From contig CAWDOD010000010.1 in the NCBI GenBank assembly GCA_963803805.1, positions 448,001 through 512,000 of the forward strand: DNA of 64,000 bases, written 5' to 3'. The notes beneath the pieces are model-generated. The model was given only the letters and a program-made list of their open reading frames with translations, ran no database searches and was not told the DNA's origin. Made by a program: the position numbers and the translations under genes. This stretch comes from an uncultured cyanobacterium (lineage in GTDB: Bacteria; Cyanobacteriota; Cyanobacteriia; Cyanobacteriales; CAWCAG01). This document shows positions 47,869-57,780 of this stretch, in pieces. The stretch's first letter is position 1, and each line of letters begins with the position of its first letter.

Positions 47869-48173
47869 TTGCTAAGGATAATGAATGATTGACCGCTATT
47901 TTCTCGTCTCGGTGGCCACAGGTCTGTATTGGTTGAGTCAGTTAATCATCGGTTCGACAATTTCTATTGGTCAAATTATCTTTCTGTTGTGGCAGGTTAG
48001 ATGTTTACCTTCCATGCCCATTTAAAAAAAGCTCCCAACCCATCTCCGATAAAATATTTTTTTTGATTTGAAATTGATTTTTATCCGATGAGATAATTAT
48101 AACATAAATTCAGCTTTGGTGCTAGGAAAGTAGTAGAAGTGGAAACAGAAAAGATTCGTATTATAGTAATTAT

Positions 48174-51062
48174 TTACTTCGCTTCCATCCAGTTACTTCC
48201 AGAATTAATTTCTACCAATAAAGGTACACTCAACTCTACGGCATTTTCCATGGTTGTTTTGACTTTATTCTGTAAATCTGACCATTCTTCTGGAGGAACT
48301 TCTAAGATTAGTTCGTCGTGGACTTGAAGCAATAACTTGGCTTGATAATTTGTGAGGATTTCTTGCAATCTTATCATGGCAATTTTAATAATATCGGCAC
48401 TGGAACCTTGAATAGGAGAATTGGCTGCCGCCCTTAATAATTGTGCGTCATATTGACCAATGTTTTTAAGTTCATTGAGGTCAATATCTTGAGGCTCACT
48501 ACCTCTTAGTTTGCGGAGGCGATCGCTGGTGAAATTAAAGTAGCGACGACGGTTAAAGATGGTGGTGACAAAACCATTAGCGATGGCTTCTTTTTTCTTA
48601 CTTTCTAAGTAGTCAAAAATGAGGGCATAACGTTCTCGATAGCGTCCAATAAAATCTTTACCAACGTCAGAACTTAATCCTGATTCCCTAGCAAAACGTT
48701 GCGCTCCCATACCATAAATTACTCCAAAATTAATTATTTTTCCTAACCTTCTTTCTTCTGTGGTTATTATTTCTTTTTCAAAGATAATTTGAGCAGTAAC
48801 GGTATGAACATCTTTTTGTTCTTGATAAGCTGTCACTAAAGTAGGTTCTTGACTAAGATGGGCAAGAATTCTTAATTCAATTTGTGAGTAATCTGCTGCG
48901 ACAAGTAACCAACCTTCTTTGGGAATAAAAGCTTGGCGAATTTGCCGAGAAAAAGCTGTACGAATAGGAATATTTTGTAAGTTAGGGTTAGAAGAAGAAA
49001 GTCTGCCTGTGGTAGTAACGGTTTGGTTAAAGTTGGTATGAACTCTACCTGTATCTGGGCGAATTAAAGCCGGTAAAGCATCTACATAGGTGGATTTTAA
49101 TTTAGCTAAACTACGCTGTTCTAAAATGAGGTCAATTAAAGGGTGATCGCCTTGTAATTTTTCTAAGACGGCATGGTTGGTAGAATAGCCTGTTTTTGTT
49201 TTACGAGTCTTTCCCGTATCTAATTCTAACTTTTCAAAAAGTACTTCACTTAACTGTTTAGGAGAAGACAAGTTAAACTCTTTCCCTGCGGCTTGATAAG
49301 CTTGTTGTTCAATTTTTTGTAAGTCTTGCTCTAATCGTTGAGAAAAGTTTTCTAAATACTCTTTATCTATTCTTACCCCCAGATATTCCATTTCTGCTAA
49401 AACTGGTTCGAGGGGTTGTTCTATGGTGGTTAGTAGTTCTGCTAAAACTGGTTTAGTAGCTAGCTTTTTCTCTAATTCCAACTTTAAACAAAAGGTACTA
49501 TAAGCATCTAATCCACAATATTCGGCAACAGTAGGAATATCCAAATCAGCAATAGTTTTTCCCTTGGGAATACCTAAATCTTCATAACTTTTGGCTTCAA
49601 TTCCTGATAAATATTTGAGAGCTAAATCTCCTAATTTATGGGAAGCATTGGGGTCTAAAATATAACTTGCTAACATAGTATCAAAGACAACCCCTTTCAA
49701 CTCAATTCCTTGGGCTTTTAATACTAAACGGTCAAATTTGGCATTTTGTAAAACTTTAGGATACTTATCACTTTCTAGTACGGGTTGTAAAGCTGCCAAA
49801 ACTTCTTTCTTGGGTAAATTAGCACCAGAATTATGACCTACAGGAACATAAGCAACTTCAGTTAATTCTTTGCCCCAACAACAACCAATTCCTACTAATT
49901 CAGCATCCCTTGGTTCTAAGGCTGTGGTTTCTGTATCCCAAGCAACGGAGATTTTTTGGTAGGTTTTAAGTTGCTTAACTAAAGCCGTTAATTTCTCTGG
50001 GGTATCAATAATTTGTGTTTGAGTTTGTACTTGATTTACTTGTTGATTTTTTTCTGTATCTTCAGAACTAAAAAACCATAAGTCTTCATCCTCAAAAACT
50101 TCTACAGTTTCTTCTTGCTCTTCTAATAACGAATCACCGCCGAACTTATCCTGTAACTTACTAATATCTTTAACAAACTTCTTTAACTCCAACTCTTCTA
50201 AGAGAGCTTGTAACTTAAGAGTATCAAAGCCTGTCAAGTGAAACTCTTCTTCTTGTAACTCTATCCCAGGAATTTCATCAATTAACTGAGCCATATATTG
50301 AGAATGGTAAGCAATATCTTTTCCCTCCGCCAACCTTTTCTTCTGCACCCCTTTAAGCTTTTCTAAATTCTCATAAACTCCTGCCAAACTTTCATATTCT
50401 CGCAACAACTTAACAGCAGTTTTATCCCCTATCCCCCTAATACCAGGAATATTATCGGACTTATCTCCAGATAAAGCTTTATAATCAACTACCTGAGAAG
50501 GTGTAATACCCATTTTCTCTTTTACTTCCTCTTCCCCAAATTCAATGATGCCAGAAGCACTTTTCATGGCACGGGGATCTAAATAAAGGACAGAAATATC
50601 TTTTTGATTATCTACTAGTTGAAATAAATCGCGATCGCCACTAACAATTTTGACTTGATAACCTAAGTTACTCCCTTGTTTAGCCAAAGCTGCAATGACA
50701 TCATCTGCTTCGTAACCAGGGCTAAAAACTACGGGCAAGTTTAAGGCGGAGATTAGTTTTAAAAGATTTTCTAAGTCAATACTAAAATCCTCTGGAGTTT
50801 CTTGACGATCTGCTTTATAAGTAGCATCTTTTTCATGGCGAAAAGTCTTTCCTCCTAAATCAAAAGCTACTGCTATTAACTGAGGCTGTTGAGTATCTAT
50901 AACATGAATAAGAGAATTGAGAAAACCAAAACAAACGCTAGTAGGAATTCCTGTTGAAGTATATAATCCTCCGCTACGGCTTTTAGCAAAGGCATAATAA
51001 GCACGGAAAGCTAAGGAATGTCCATCAATTAATAGTAGTTTTTTAGGAGTTCGATTAGGCAT
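48174..51062 (-). CDS. polA: DNA polymerase I
   Basis: 5'-3' exonuclease (LIDGHSLAFRAY, EADD), DTETT, TGRLSS, ADYSQIELR and LQVHDEL motifs. Confidence 0.97.
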   Translation of the reverse strand: MPNRTPKKLLLIDGHSLAFRAYYAFAKSRSGGLYTSTGIPTSVCFGFLNSLIHVIDTQQPQLIAVAFDLGGKTFRHEKDATYKADRQETPEDFSIDLENLLKLISALNLPVVFSPGYEADDVIAALAKQGSNLGYQVKIVSGDRDLFQLVDNQKDISVLYLDPRAMKSASGIIEFGEEEVKEKMGITPSQVVDYKALSGDKSDNIPGIRGIGDKTAVKLLREYESLAGVYENLEKLKGVQKKRLAEGKDIAYHSQYMAQLIDEIPGIELQEEEFHLTGFDTLKLQALLEELELKKFVKDISKLQDKFGGDSLLEEQEETVEVFEDEDLWFFSSEDTEKNQQVNQVQTQTQIIDTPEKLTALVKQLKTYQKISVAWDTETTALEPRDAELVGIGCCWGKELTEVAYVPVGHNSGANLPKKEVLAALQPVLESDKYPKVLQNAKFDRLVLKAQGIELKGVVFDTMLASYILDPNASHKLGDLALKYLSGIEAKSYEDLGIPKGKTIADLDIPTVAEYCGLDAYSTFCLKLELEKKLATKPVLAELLTTIEQPLEPVLAEMEYLGVRIDKEYLENFSQRLEQDLQKIEQQAYQAAGKEFNLSSPKQLSEVLFEKLELDTGKTRKTKTGYSTNHAVLEKLQGDHPLIDLILEQRSLAKLKSTYVDALPALIRPDTGRVHTNFNQTVTTTGRLSSSNPNLQNIPIRTAFSRQIRQAFIPKEGWLLVAADYSQIELRILAHLSQEPTLVTAYQEQKDVHTVTAQIIFEKEIITTEERRLGKIINFGVIYGMGAQRFARESGLSSDVGKDFIGRYRERYALIFDYLESKKKEAIANGFVTTIFNRRRYFNFTSDRLRKLRGSEPQDIDLNELKNIGQYDAQLLRAAANSPIQGSSADIIKIAMIRLQEILTNYQAKLLLQVHDELILEVPPEEWSDLQNKVKTTMENAVELSVPLLVEINSGSNWMEAK

Positions 51063-51180
51063 TTTTTAGGTAATAGGTAATTTTTGTTTTTATTCAAGGT
51101 TGAAATTAAGCATAGCAACTAATATTTAAACTAGGCTTGAAAGACGTTTAATACTTCAAATAAACTGTTAACAATAGCGA

Positions 51181-52530
51181 TTAGTCTTCAACAACCTTTC
51201 CCACTCCTTCCGGCAAAGTAGGCAAATCCCGAAACAGTAAAGTATAAATATCTGTAGGCATATCAATATCTGCTTTTTCTAAAGCTTCTTTAATAGCTTG
51301 GGCTACTTCTGAGGTGGTAGCCAAAAAGCTTGAACGACGAGAATCTACCCAAAAGCGGACTTCTAAATTAACGGTACTTGCTGCTAATTCTTGCACTAAA
51401 ACATCTGGGGCAGGAGAAGTTTCTACCTCAACTATCTTTTCTAAAACTTGAGAAATTACTTCTTTGGCTTGAGCAATATTTTCCCCATAATCAATACCTA
51501 CTGTAACCGAACTACGACGGCGAGGGGAAGCGGTATTATTAATAATGCTAGCTTGAAAAACTTCTTGATTAGGAATATAAACCAACCGCCCATCATAGGT
51601 TTTCATCGTTGTAGCCCGGAGTTGTATTTGGGTAATAGTTCCTTCATAATCTTCAATTACTACTTGGTCATTGATAGCAAAAGGACGAGCAGCAAGTAAA
51701 ATAACCCCAGAAATATAGTTACTTAAAACATCTTTGAGACTGAAACCAATGGCTACGCTAGTCAGTCCTAATGCCCCTAATAAAGCTCCAAAATCCAATC
51801 CTAAAACACCCAAAGCCACCACAGTCCCTAATACCCAAACTCCCCCATAACCAAGACGGCCAATAAGTATTTCTGTAGAGCGATCGCCTTCTGTTTTTTG
51901 GGCCCAGGTAAAGGCAAGATAGCGTACCAGTTTAGCAACTATCCAAGTAATAATGAGAACGATGAATGCACCAAGAAAAGCAGGAAGATTACCAATAGTA
52001 TCCCGTGCTAATTGTTGTACTGTCCCATAAAGACGTTGCCCCACATCAATAGCTAAAGGTGGTTTATTAATAGCTTTGTTAAGGCTATCAGCCCACTTTT
52101 CGGCTAATTCTTCCACATCTAAACCAAAATCTTGGGCATCTTGTTCTGTTATCGTCATCAAAACCCGATTTTTCAGCCGTAAAGTGGCAATTTTGCGGGG
52201 ATTATCTGGGTTAACAGCAATTTTTTCTACTGTATCGCTTTGAGCCAAAACGCTAGCAATACGTCTATTAATAATTTCAGCCCTTTCCGCAGCGCTAACT
52301 TCAGTCAAACTACCTATTTGAAAGATTGGCCTTCCCCTCACCATAACATCAGCAAAGTAAAGCCCTTCTGAAGAACTAGTTGCCTCTTCTTCTTGGGTTG
52401 GGGAAGGAGGTATAATAGCTTCTTGGCTCAAAACAGTCTGGGCTGAGAAAGAAACAAAACTAATTGTAATTAGAATAATTGCATGAGGATAAATCTTGAG
52501 CTTATATAACTTACTTAATTTTTTTTTCAC
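51181..52530 (-). CDS. MscS family mechanosensitive channel with periplasmic N-terminal domain
   Basis: GLTSVAIGFSLKDVLSNYISG, RPFAIND and DGRLVYIPN motifs. Confidence 0.9.
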   Translation of the reverse strand: MKKKLSKLYKLKIYPHAIILITISFVSFSAQTVLSQEAIIPPSPTQEEEATSSSEGLYFADVMVRGRPIFQIGSLTEVSAAERAEIINRRIASVLAQSDTVEKIAVNPDNPRKIATLRLKNRVLMTITEQDAQDFGLDVEELAEKWADSLNKAINKPPLAIDVGQRLYGTVQQLARDTIGNLPAFLGAFIVLIITWIVAKLVRYLAFTWAQKTEGDRSTEILIGRLGYGGVWVLGTVVALGVLGLDFGALLGALGLTSVAIGFSLKDVLSNYISGVILLAARPFAINDQVVIEDYEGTITQIQLRATTMKTYDGRLVYIPNQEVFQASIINNTASPRRRSSVTVGIDYGENIAQAKEVISQVLEKIVEVETSPAPDVLVQELAASTVNLEVRFWVDSRRSSFLATTSEVAQAIKEALEKADIDMPTDIYTLLFRDLPTLPEGVGKVVED

Positions 52531-52574
52531 ACCGATTTTTAATTAAAATTATTACTTATAAATCTTCAAAGAAG

Positions 52575-52617
52575 AAGCGCCGAGACGCTGATTTTTAATC
52601 ACCGCTTCGGCCGCTTG
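52575..52617 (-). terminator. Terminator-like hairpin
   Basis: Minus strand AAGCGGCCGAAGCGGTGATT...AATCAGCGTCTCGGCGCTT followed by CTTCTTT. Confidence 0.6.
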
Positions 52618-52707
52618 CCAATACTTTTTTATAGCTCACTGATAATTATCTTTAAGAAGGCCAATAAAGTAAAAAATCACCTTATTAGCTAGCTTAAACA
52701 GTAAAAT

Positions 52708-53052
52708 CTATTTAGAAGTCAAGTCCCTTAATCCTTCTTTGATTTGCTCTTCTACTGAGGTGGACTTAGCATTTTCAGGACGATTAAGCTTGTTATAATC
52801 AGCGCCTCCTTGTACTGCGTTGAGTCCTTTCTGTGCTTCTGATTGAGTTTTTTCTAAATCACGAGGCCCTTCCTTGAGGACATCTTGAGATTTTTGCTCA
52901 ATACCTTGTAAGGGGGTTACGCCTTTATCAGGGCTACTGGTAGCAGCGGCAGCAGGCAAAGTATTAGCAACAAATAGTAATGTGCAGAAAACAGCAGCTA
53001 TTAAAAAACGCATTGGACGCAAATTAGCTATTTTAGAGAAGAAATTATTCAT
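52708..53052 (-). CDS. Secreted low-temperature/stress-induced-type small protein
   Basis: Signal peptide ending PAAA and GLNAVQGGAD..K..RPEN motif. Start probably 53052; the track gives 53085. Confidence 0.65.
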   Translation of the reverse strand: MNNFFSKIANLRPMRFLIAAVFCTLLFVANTLPAAAATSSPDKGVTPLQGIEQKSQDVLKEGPRDLEKTQSEAQKGLNAVQGGADYNKLNRPENAKSTSVEEQIKEGLRDLTSK

Positions 53053-53210
53053 TATTTTTTGTAACTCGTAAACTTGCTTTAACAATTATATTTTCTAACG
53101 AATAAACCCTAGCTTTACAATCGTTCCCAGGACTGAAACAGCTAAAATAGATACAGATAAATACTCTACTTAAGATATGAATAAATTTGCTTAGTTTTGG
53201 GGCAAAAAAA

Positions 53211-53894
53211 CTATTTTCCAAAAGCTGTGGTTGCCAAGGCGATCGCCCCTGCCACTTTAATGCCATTGCTGCGTAAAGTTTGAGCTGCCGCTTTAATAGT
53301 AGCACCAGTGGTATAAATATCATCTAATAAAAGTACTGGTAAGGGGGGGGTTTGTCTTTGAAAGCTTTTGCCTAAACTAAAAGCATCAGCAATATTCTTC
53401 TCTCTTTGTTTGGCATTTAAGCCAAACATCGCTTCAGTTTCTTTAACTCTTACTAAACCAGATGTTTGCAAAGAAAAACCTGTAAACTGACAAAAACTGC
53501 GCCCAATTAATTCTGCTTGATTAAATCCCCTTTCTGCTAATTTACGAGGATGACTGGGTATAGGAATAACTATCAATCTACCACTTTTATGTCCTAAATC
53601 AGAATTTAACCAAGCTTCTCCCAACCATTGTCCCATTGGCTCAGCTAACTGGGGTTGATTTTGGTATTTTAAAGTCTTAATAGCTCGACTCAAAGTACTA
53701 TCATAGGAACCCCAAGCAAATAAAGGTAATTCTTGCTGCCCAAACTGGCAGGGGTTATGCAAGCGACACTGTTGTAATTGTTCTTCACAATGAACACAAA
53801 TAACCTTTTCAGTAGGGCGATCACAAAGGGGACAATTAGATTCAAGAAAAAAAGAGAGAAAGCCTTTAAATACTCGGTTCGTCCAATTAATCAT
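53211..53894 (-). CDS. comF: ComF family competence protein
   Basis: CPLC...CVHC, ERGFNQAELI and LLDDIYTTGAT motifs. Confidence 0.9.
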   Translation of the reverse strand: MINWTNRVFKGFLSFFLESNCPLCDRPTEKVICVHCEEQLQQCRLHNPCQFGQQELPLFAWGSYDSTLSRAIKTLKYQNQPQLAEPMGQWLGEAWLNSDLGHKSGRLIVIPIPSHPRKLAERGFNQAELIGRSFCQFTGFSLQTSGLVRVKETEAMFGLNAKQREKNIADAFSLGKSFQRQTPPLPVLLLDDIYTTGATIKAAAQTLRSNGIKVAGAIALATTAFGK

Positions 53895-54008
53895 CTTGCT
53901 TTTTCAGAAGTTATAAATAAAATAAGTGCCAGAAAAATCTTCCCTAGCTCCTTACCCAAAAAACCGCTAAAGGTAAAAAACCTACACTTGTTAAACTCTC
54001 TACTCCCT

Positions 54009-54159
54009 GGGAGCATCTCAGTTTTGCAGAAATAGTTTGTCTGTGAAGTTAGCTATTAGCTATTAGCTGTTAGCTTTAAGAATACATTTCTTGTTGCTTC
54101 AGTGAAGCTAATATCAAGTTGACGGCTAAAGCCTGTATTTACCAATTTGAGATGCTCCC
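54009..54159. mobile_element. MITE-like element (family C) with 12-bp perfect TIRs and 8-bp flanking direct repeat
   Basis: GGGAGCATCTCA ... TGAGATGCTCCC, with TACTCCCT at 54001-54008 and 54160-54167 and internal TTAGCTA repeats. Confidence 0.75.
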
Positions 54160-54233
54160 TACTCCCTGCTCCCTTCATAAAGTAAGATACAATGCTAAAC
54201 AAACAAGAATTGTACTAAATATTTTTAATATTC

Positions 54234-54602
54234 ATGAGTTCCGAAGCAGTTGATAACCAACAAAAAGATAAAACCCTTGAGTCAATGAAGAAGTTTGCAG
54301 AGCAGTATGCTAAGGGTACTGACACCTTCTTCTGTAGCGATCCTTCTGTAACGGCTGTAGTAATTGAAGGACTAGCCAAAAATAAAGACGAATTAGGCGC
54401 TCCTTTATGTCCTTGCCGCCACTATGAGGACAAAGAAGCAGAAGTGAAAGCAACTTTCTGGAATTGTCCTTGTGTACCCATGCGGGAGCGTTACGAATGC
54501 CATTGTATGTTATTTATCACTCCTGACAATGAATTTGCTGGCGAAGCGCAAGAAATTTCCTTAGAGGAAATAAAAAAGGTGCGAGAGAGCATGGCATCTT
54601 GA
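54234..54602 (+). CDS. ftrC: Ferredoxin-thioredoxin reductase catalytic subunit
   Basis: CPCRHY, WNCPCVPM and CHCMLF motifs. Confidence 0.95.
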   Translation: MSSEAVDNQQKDKTLESMKKFAEQYAKGTDTFFCSDPSVTAVVIEGLAKNKDELGAPLCPCRHYEDKEAEVKATFWNCPCVPMRERYECHCMLFITPDNEFAGEAQEISLEEIKKVRESMAS

Positions 54603-54611
54603 GGATAATTT

Positions 54612-55016
54612 ATGCTGCCTCAAGAATTTTGGCAAGGAATTGACCAATTTAATGGTCAAGAATTTTATGCCTGTCATGATACTTTAGAGGCTTTGTGGAT
54701 GGAGTCTTCAGAGCCTCTTAAAAAGTTTTATCAAGGTATACTACAAATCGCTGTAGCCTGTCATCATCTAGGCAATCATAACTGGCGAGGGGCAGTTATT
54801 TTGTTAGGAGAGGGAGTGAGGCGAATTAGCGATTATCAACCTATATATGAAGGTATTGATATAAGCAGCTTATTAGACCAAAGTTTACAACTTTTAGAAA
54901 GATTACAAAAAATTGAGCCAGAAGAAATTAGCAGTTTTGTTGAGGAACTCAAAACTAATAATTCCAGTATCTATTTGCCCCAAATAGCTACAGTAGAACC
55001 GCAGAGTATTAAGTAA
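54612..55016 (+). CDS. DUF309 domain protein
   Basis: FYACHDTLEALW and QGILQIAVACHH motifs. Confidence 0.88.
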   Translation: MLPQEFWQGIDQFNGQEFYACHDTLEALWMESSEPLKKFYQGILQIAVACHHLGNHNWRGAVILLGEGVRRISDYQPIYEGIDISSLLDQSLQLLERLQKIEPEEISSFVEELKTNNSSIYLPQIATVEPQSIK

Positions 55017-55149
55017 CGAAACTTCAGAAGCTACTTAAGCGTCAAAGTCTAAATATCAGCAAAACAAGATAATTTACTTAGGATAGTCAAGTATTAACCT
55101 GATTTGGCTAGCTATCCACGGTATTATTTTCTGTAGATTCCTCAATTAT

Positions 55150-55677
55150 TTGCACCTTGTTAAATCAATTATTATGTTCTCTGTTAACTCCCCTACTCCC
55201 CTGATGCGCCGCTTAGGAGTCATGTTTGTTATTCCTGCTGCTTTAATAGGAGCGATCGCCATTCCCGGAGCGCTTAAAAATGCCGAAGCACAACCAGGGC
55301 GGGCAATTACTATTCGTTCTGATCTCCAAGAAGCTAACTCCAAAACCGGGGTAATTACCGCTAGTGGCAACGTGCAAATTAATTATCCTGCCAGACAAAT
55401 CCAAGCTACTGCTGCTCAAGCGCAATATTTTAGTAGTGAACGTATTATTGTCTTAAGAGGTAATGTTTACGTCCTCCAAAGCAATGGTAACAGCATTAGA
55501 GGAGAAGAAATTACCTACCTGATGGATGAAGAACGTTTTGTTGCCACACCCAAAACAGAACGTCAAGTAGAATCAATTTACATCATCTCTGACCCAGAAG
55601 CAGCAACTCCAACTGTTAGCCCCGCACCACCTTATAATCCTAAGCCAGTTTTCAAAGAGCCGCAAAGCAATCCTTAA
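55150..55677 (+). CDS. lptA: LptA/OstA family protein
   Basis: ITIRSDLQEAN...ASGNVQI...LRGNV; first gene before lptB. The start may be at a downstream Met. Confidence 0.8.
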   Translation: MHLVKSIIMFSVNSPTPLMRRLGVMFVIPAALIGAIAIPGALKNAEAQPGRAITIRSDLQEANSKTGVITASGNVQINYPARQIQATAAQAQYFSSERIIVLRGNVYVLQSNGNSIRGEEITYLMDEERFVATPKTERQVESIYIISDPEAATPTVSPAPPYNPKPVFKEPQSNP

Positions 55678-55685
55678 TAATCCTC

Positions 55686-56432
55686 TTGCTCTCCAAAAAT
55701 AGTGTGAAAATAATTCTTAAAAACGTTCACAAATCCTATGGCAAGCGAGTAGTGGTTAACCGAGTCAATGTAACGGTTTCTCAAGGGGAAATTGTTGGTT
55801 TATTGGGGCCTAACGGTGCAGGTAAAACCACCACATTTTATATTGCTACTGGTTTAGTCAAGCCCAATAAAGGTTCTGTTTGGCTCAACGAAAGAGAAAT
55901 CACCACTCTACCTATTGATAAAAGGGCTCATCTTGGTATTGGTTATTTAACCCAACAAGCTAGTATATTTCGCAATCTTAGCGTTCAAGATAATATTAAA
56001 CTTGTTTTGCAACAAACCGACGTACCAGCTAGGGAAAGACGCAAGCGTTTACTTACGCTGCTTAAAGAGTTCCGTTTAGAAAAAGTAGCCCAAACCCAAG
56101 GAAGTCAAATTTCTGGGGGGGAGAGGCGACGTACAGAAATAGCCAGATCCTTAGCTGCGGGGAAAGAAGGGCCAAAGTTTTTTCTCTTAGACGAACCCTT
56201 TGCCGGAGTTGATCCCATCGCTGTTTCTGAGATTCAACAAATTATTGCTCAATTGCGGAATCGCAATATGGGAATATTAATCACTGACCATAATGTGCGA
56301 GAAACTTTAGAAATCACTGACCGTGCCTATATCATGCGAGATGGAGAAATTCTCGCTTCTGGGGCAGCAGAAGAACTTTACAACAATCCTTTAGTCCGCA
56401 AATATTATCTAGGAGACAAATTTCAAGCGTAA
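55686..56432 (+). CDS. lptB: LPS export ABC transporter ATP-binding protein
   Basis: GPNGAGKTT, SGGERRR, LDEPFAGVDP and ITDHNVRETL motifs. Confidence 0.93.
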   Translation: MLSKNSVKIILKNVHKSYGKRVVVNRVNVTVSQGEIVGLLGPNGAGKTTTFYIATGLVKPNKGSVWLNEREITTLPIDKRAHLGIGYLTQQASIFRNLSVQDNIKLVLQQTDVPARERRKRLLTLLKEFRLEKVAQTQGSQISGGERRRTEIARSLAAGKEGPKFFLLDEPFAGVDPIAVSEIQQIIAQLRNRNMGILITDHNVRETLEITDRAYIMRDGEILASGAAEELYNNPLVRKYYLGDKFQA

Positions 56433-56476
56433 ACTACTCTTGATGGGACACAAAAGCAATCTGAACCTTAAATTTT

Positions 56477-57655
56477 ATGGCCCTGAGCAAATCTTTCCAA
56501 GCTAAACTTTCTTGGTTTCCATTATTTTCTGGCTTTTCTATTCTGGATCGCTACATATTAACGGAGCTAACTTTACCCTTTCTCTTTGGGGTAGGAGCTT
56601 TCTCTTCTATTGGTGTGGCTATTGGTAGTTTGTTTGAACTGGTGCGAAAAGTTGCTGAATCTGGGCTACTAATGAGTTTAGCTCTAAAAGTTCTGCTTTT
56701 AAAGATGCCAGAATTTATTGTCTATGCCTTCCCTATGTCTGCTCTTTTAGCTACTATGATGGCCTATGGTCGTTTTTCTAGTGATAGCGAATTAACGGCT
56801 CTACGTAGCGTTGGCATCAGTGTTTATAGAATTGTTTTACCAGGAATTATCTTCAGTCTGGCAGTAACAGGCTTAACCTTCGTTTTCAACGAACTTATAG
56901 TTCCCAATGCGAACTACCAAGCAACTTTAACTTTAGATCGGGCCTTGGGGGAAGAAAAACCCTCCTTTCAAGAAAAAAACATTCTTTACCCAGAATATAA
57001 TAATGTCCAGCGTCCTGAAGGAGAACAAGAAGTCTTGACTCGCTTGTTTTACGCTGAAAAGTTCGACGGTACAACCATGGAAGGTTTAACCTTACTGGAT
57101 CGTTCTCAAGAAGGAGTTGAACAAATTGTCACCTCTGAATCTGCCACTTGGGATCTTAAAGATAATACCTGGAATTTCTTTAATGGTACAATTTACCTTA
57201 TTGATGGCGATGGCTCCTACAAAAAGATTGTTCGCTTCGTCCACCAGAAACTAAAATTACCAAAAGCTCCCTTTGATTTAGCCCAAAAAGGTCGCGATTA
57301 TGGGGAGATGAATATTACCCAAGGATTCGAGCAAATGAAAATTCTCGAACAAAGCGGCGATACCAAGAAGTTGCGTAAACTAAGAGTTCGGGTGCAACAA
57401 AAAATTGCTTTTCCCTTCGTTTGTTTAGTTTTTGGTTTAGTAGGTGCAGCATTAGGAACTCGGCCCCAAAGAGCTTCTAAAGCGACAAGTTTCGGTATGA
57501 GCATCGTGATAATTTTCTCCTACTACCTACTCGGTTTCATCACTGGAGCAATGGGGATAGTAGGAGCAGTTTCTCCTTTTTTGTCTGCTTGGTTGCCTAA
57601 TTTCTTTGGGCTGGGGGCGGGAGGATTTTTGTTAATGCGCTCCTCTAAGTTATGA
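56477..57655 (+). CDS. LptF/LptG family permease
   Basis: LDRYI and SSDSELTALRSVG motifs, six TM segments, in an operon with lptB. Confidence 0.9.
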   Translation: MALSKSFQAKLSWFPLFSGFSILDRYILTELTLPFLFGVGAFSSIGVAIGSLFELVRKVAESGLLMSLALKVLLLKMPEFIVYAFPMSALLATMMAYGRFSSDSELTALRSVGISVYRIVLPGIIFSLAVTGLTFVFNELIVPNANYQATLTLDRALGEEKPSFQEKNILYPEYNNVQRPEGEQEVLTRLFYAEKFDGTTMEGLTLLDRSQEGVEQIVTSESATWDLKDNTWNFFNGTIYLIDGDGSYKKIVRFVHQKLKLPKAPFDLAQKGRDYGEMNITQGFEQMKILEQSGDTKKLRKLRVRVQQKIAFPFVCLVFGLVGAALGTRPQRASKATSFGMSIVIIFSYYLLGFITGAMGIVGAVSPFLSAWLPNFFGLGAGGFLLMRSSKL

Positions 57656-57780
57656 GATCCATTAAGGGAACTCCAGAAAATAAAAGATCCAATAATTGCG
57701 ATCGCCAGTTTAATTTGTAGTTAATTCTTCAGTTACTTAACCGGGCTAATCATTAGAAAAAGGAACTAACCAATTATCAA

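Noticed and set aside
48030-48050. Fluoride riboswitch (GGAGATGG on the minus strand)
   Set aside because: No complementary P1 strand or downstream pseudoknot consensus, and no fluoride-related gene follows.
57663-57740. Possible degenerate MITE (TAAGGGAACTCCAGAAAATAAA...)
   Set aside because: The right end is too degenerate to pair convincingly, and there is no second copy in the window.
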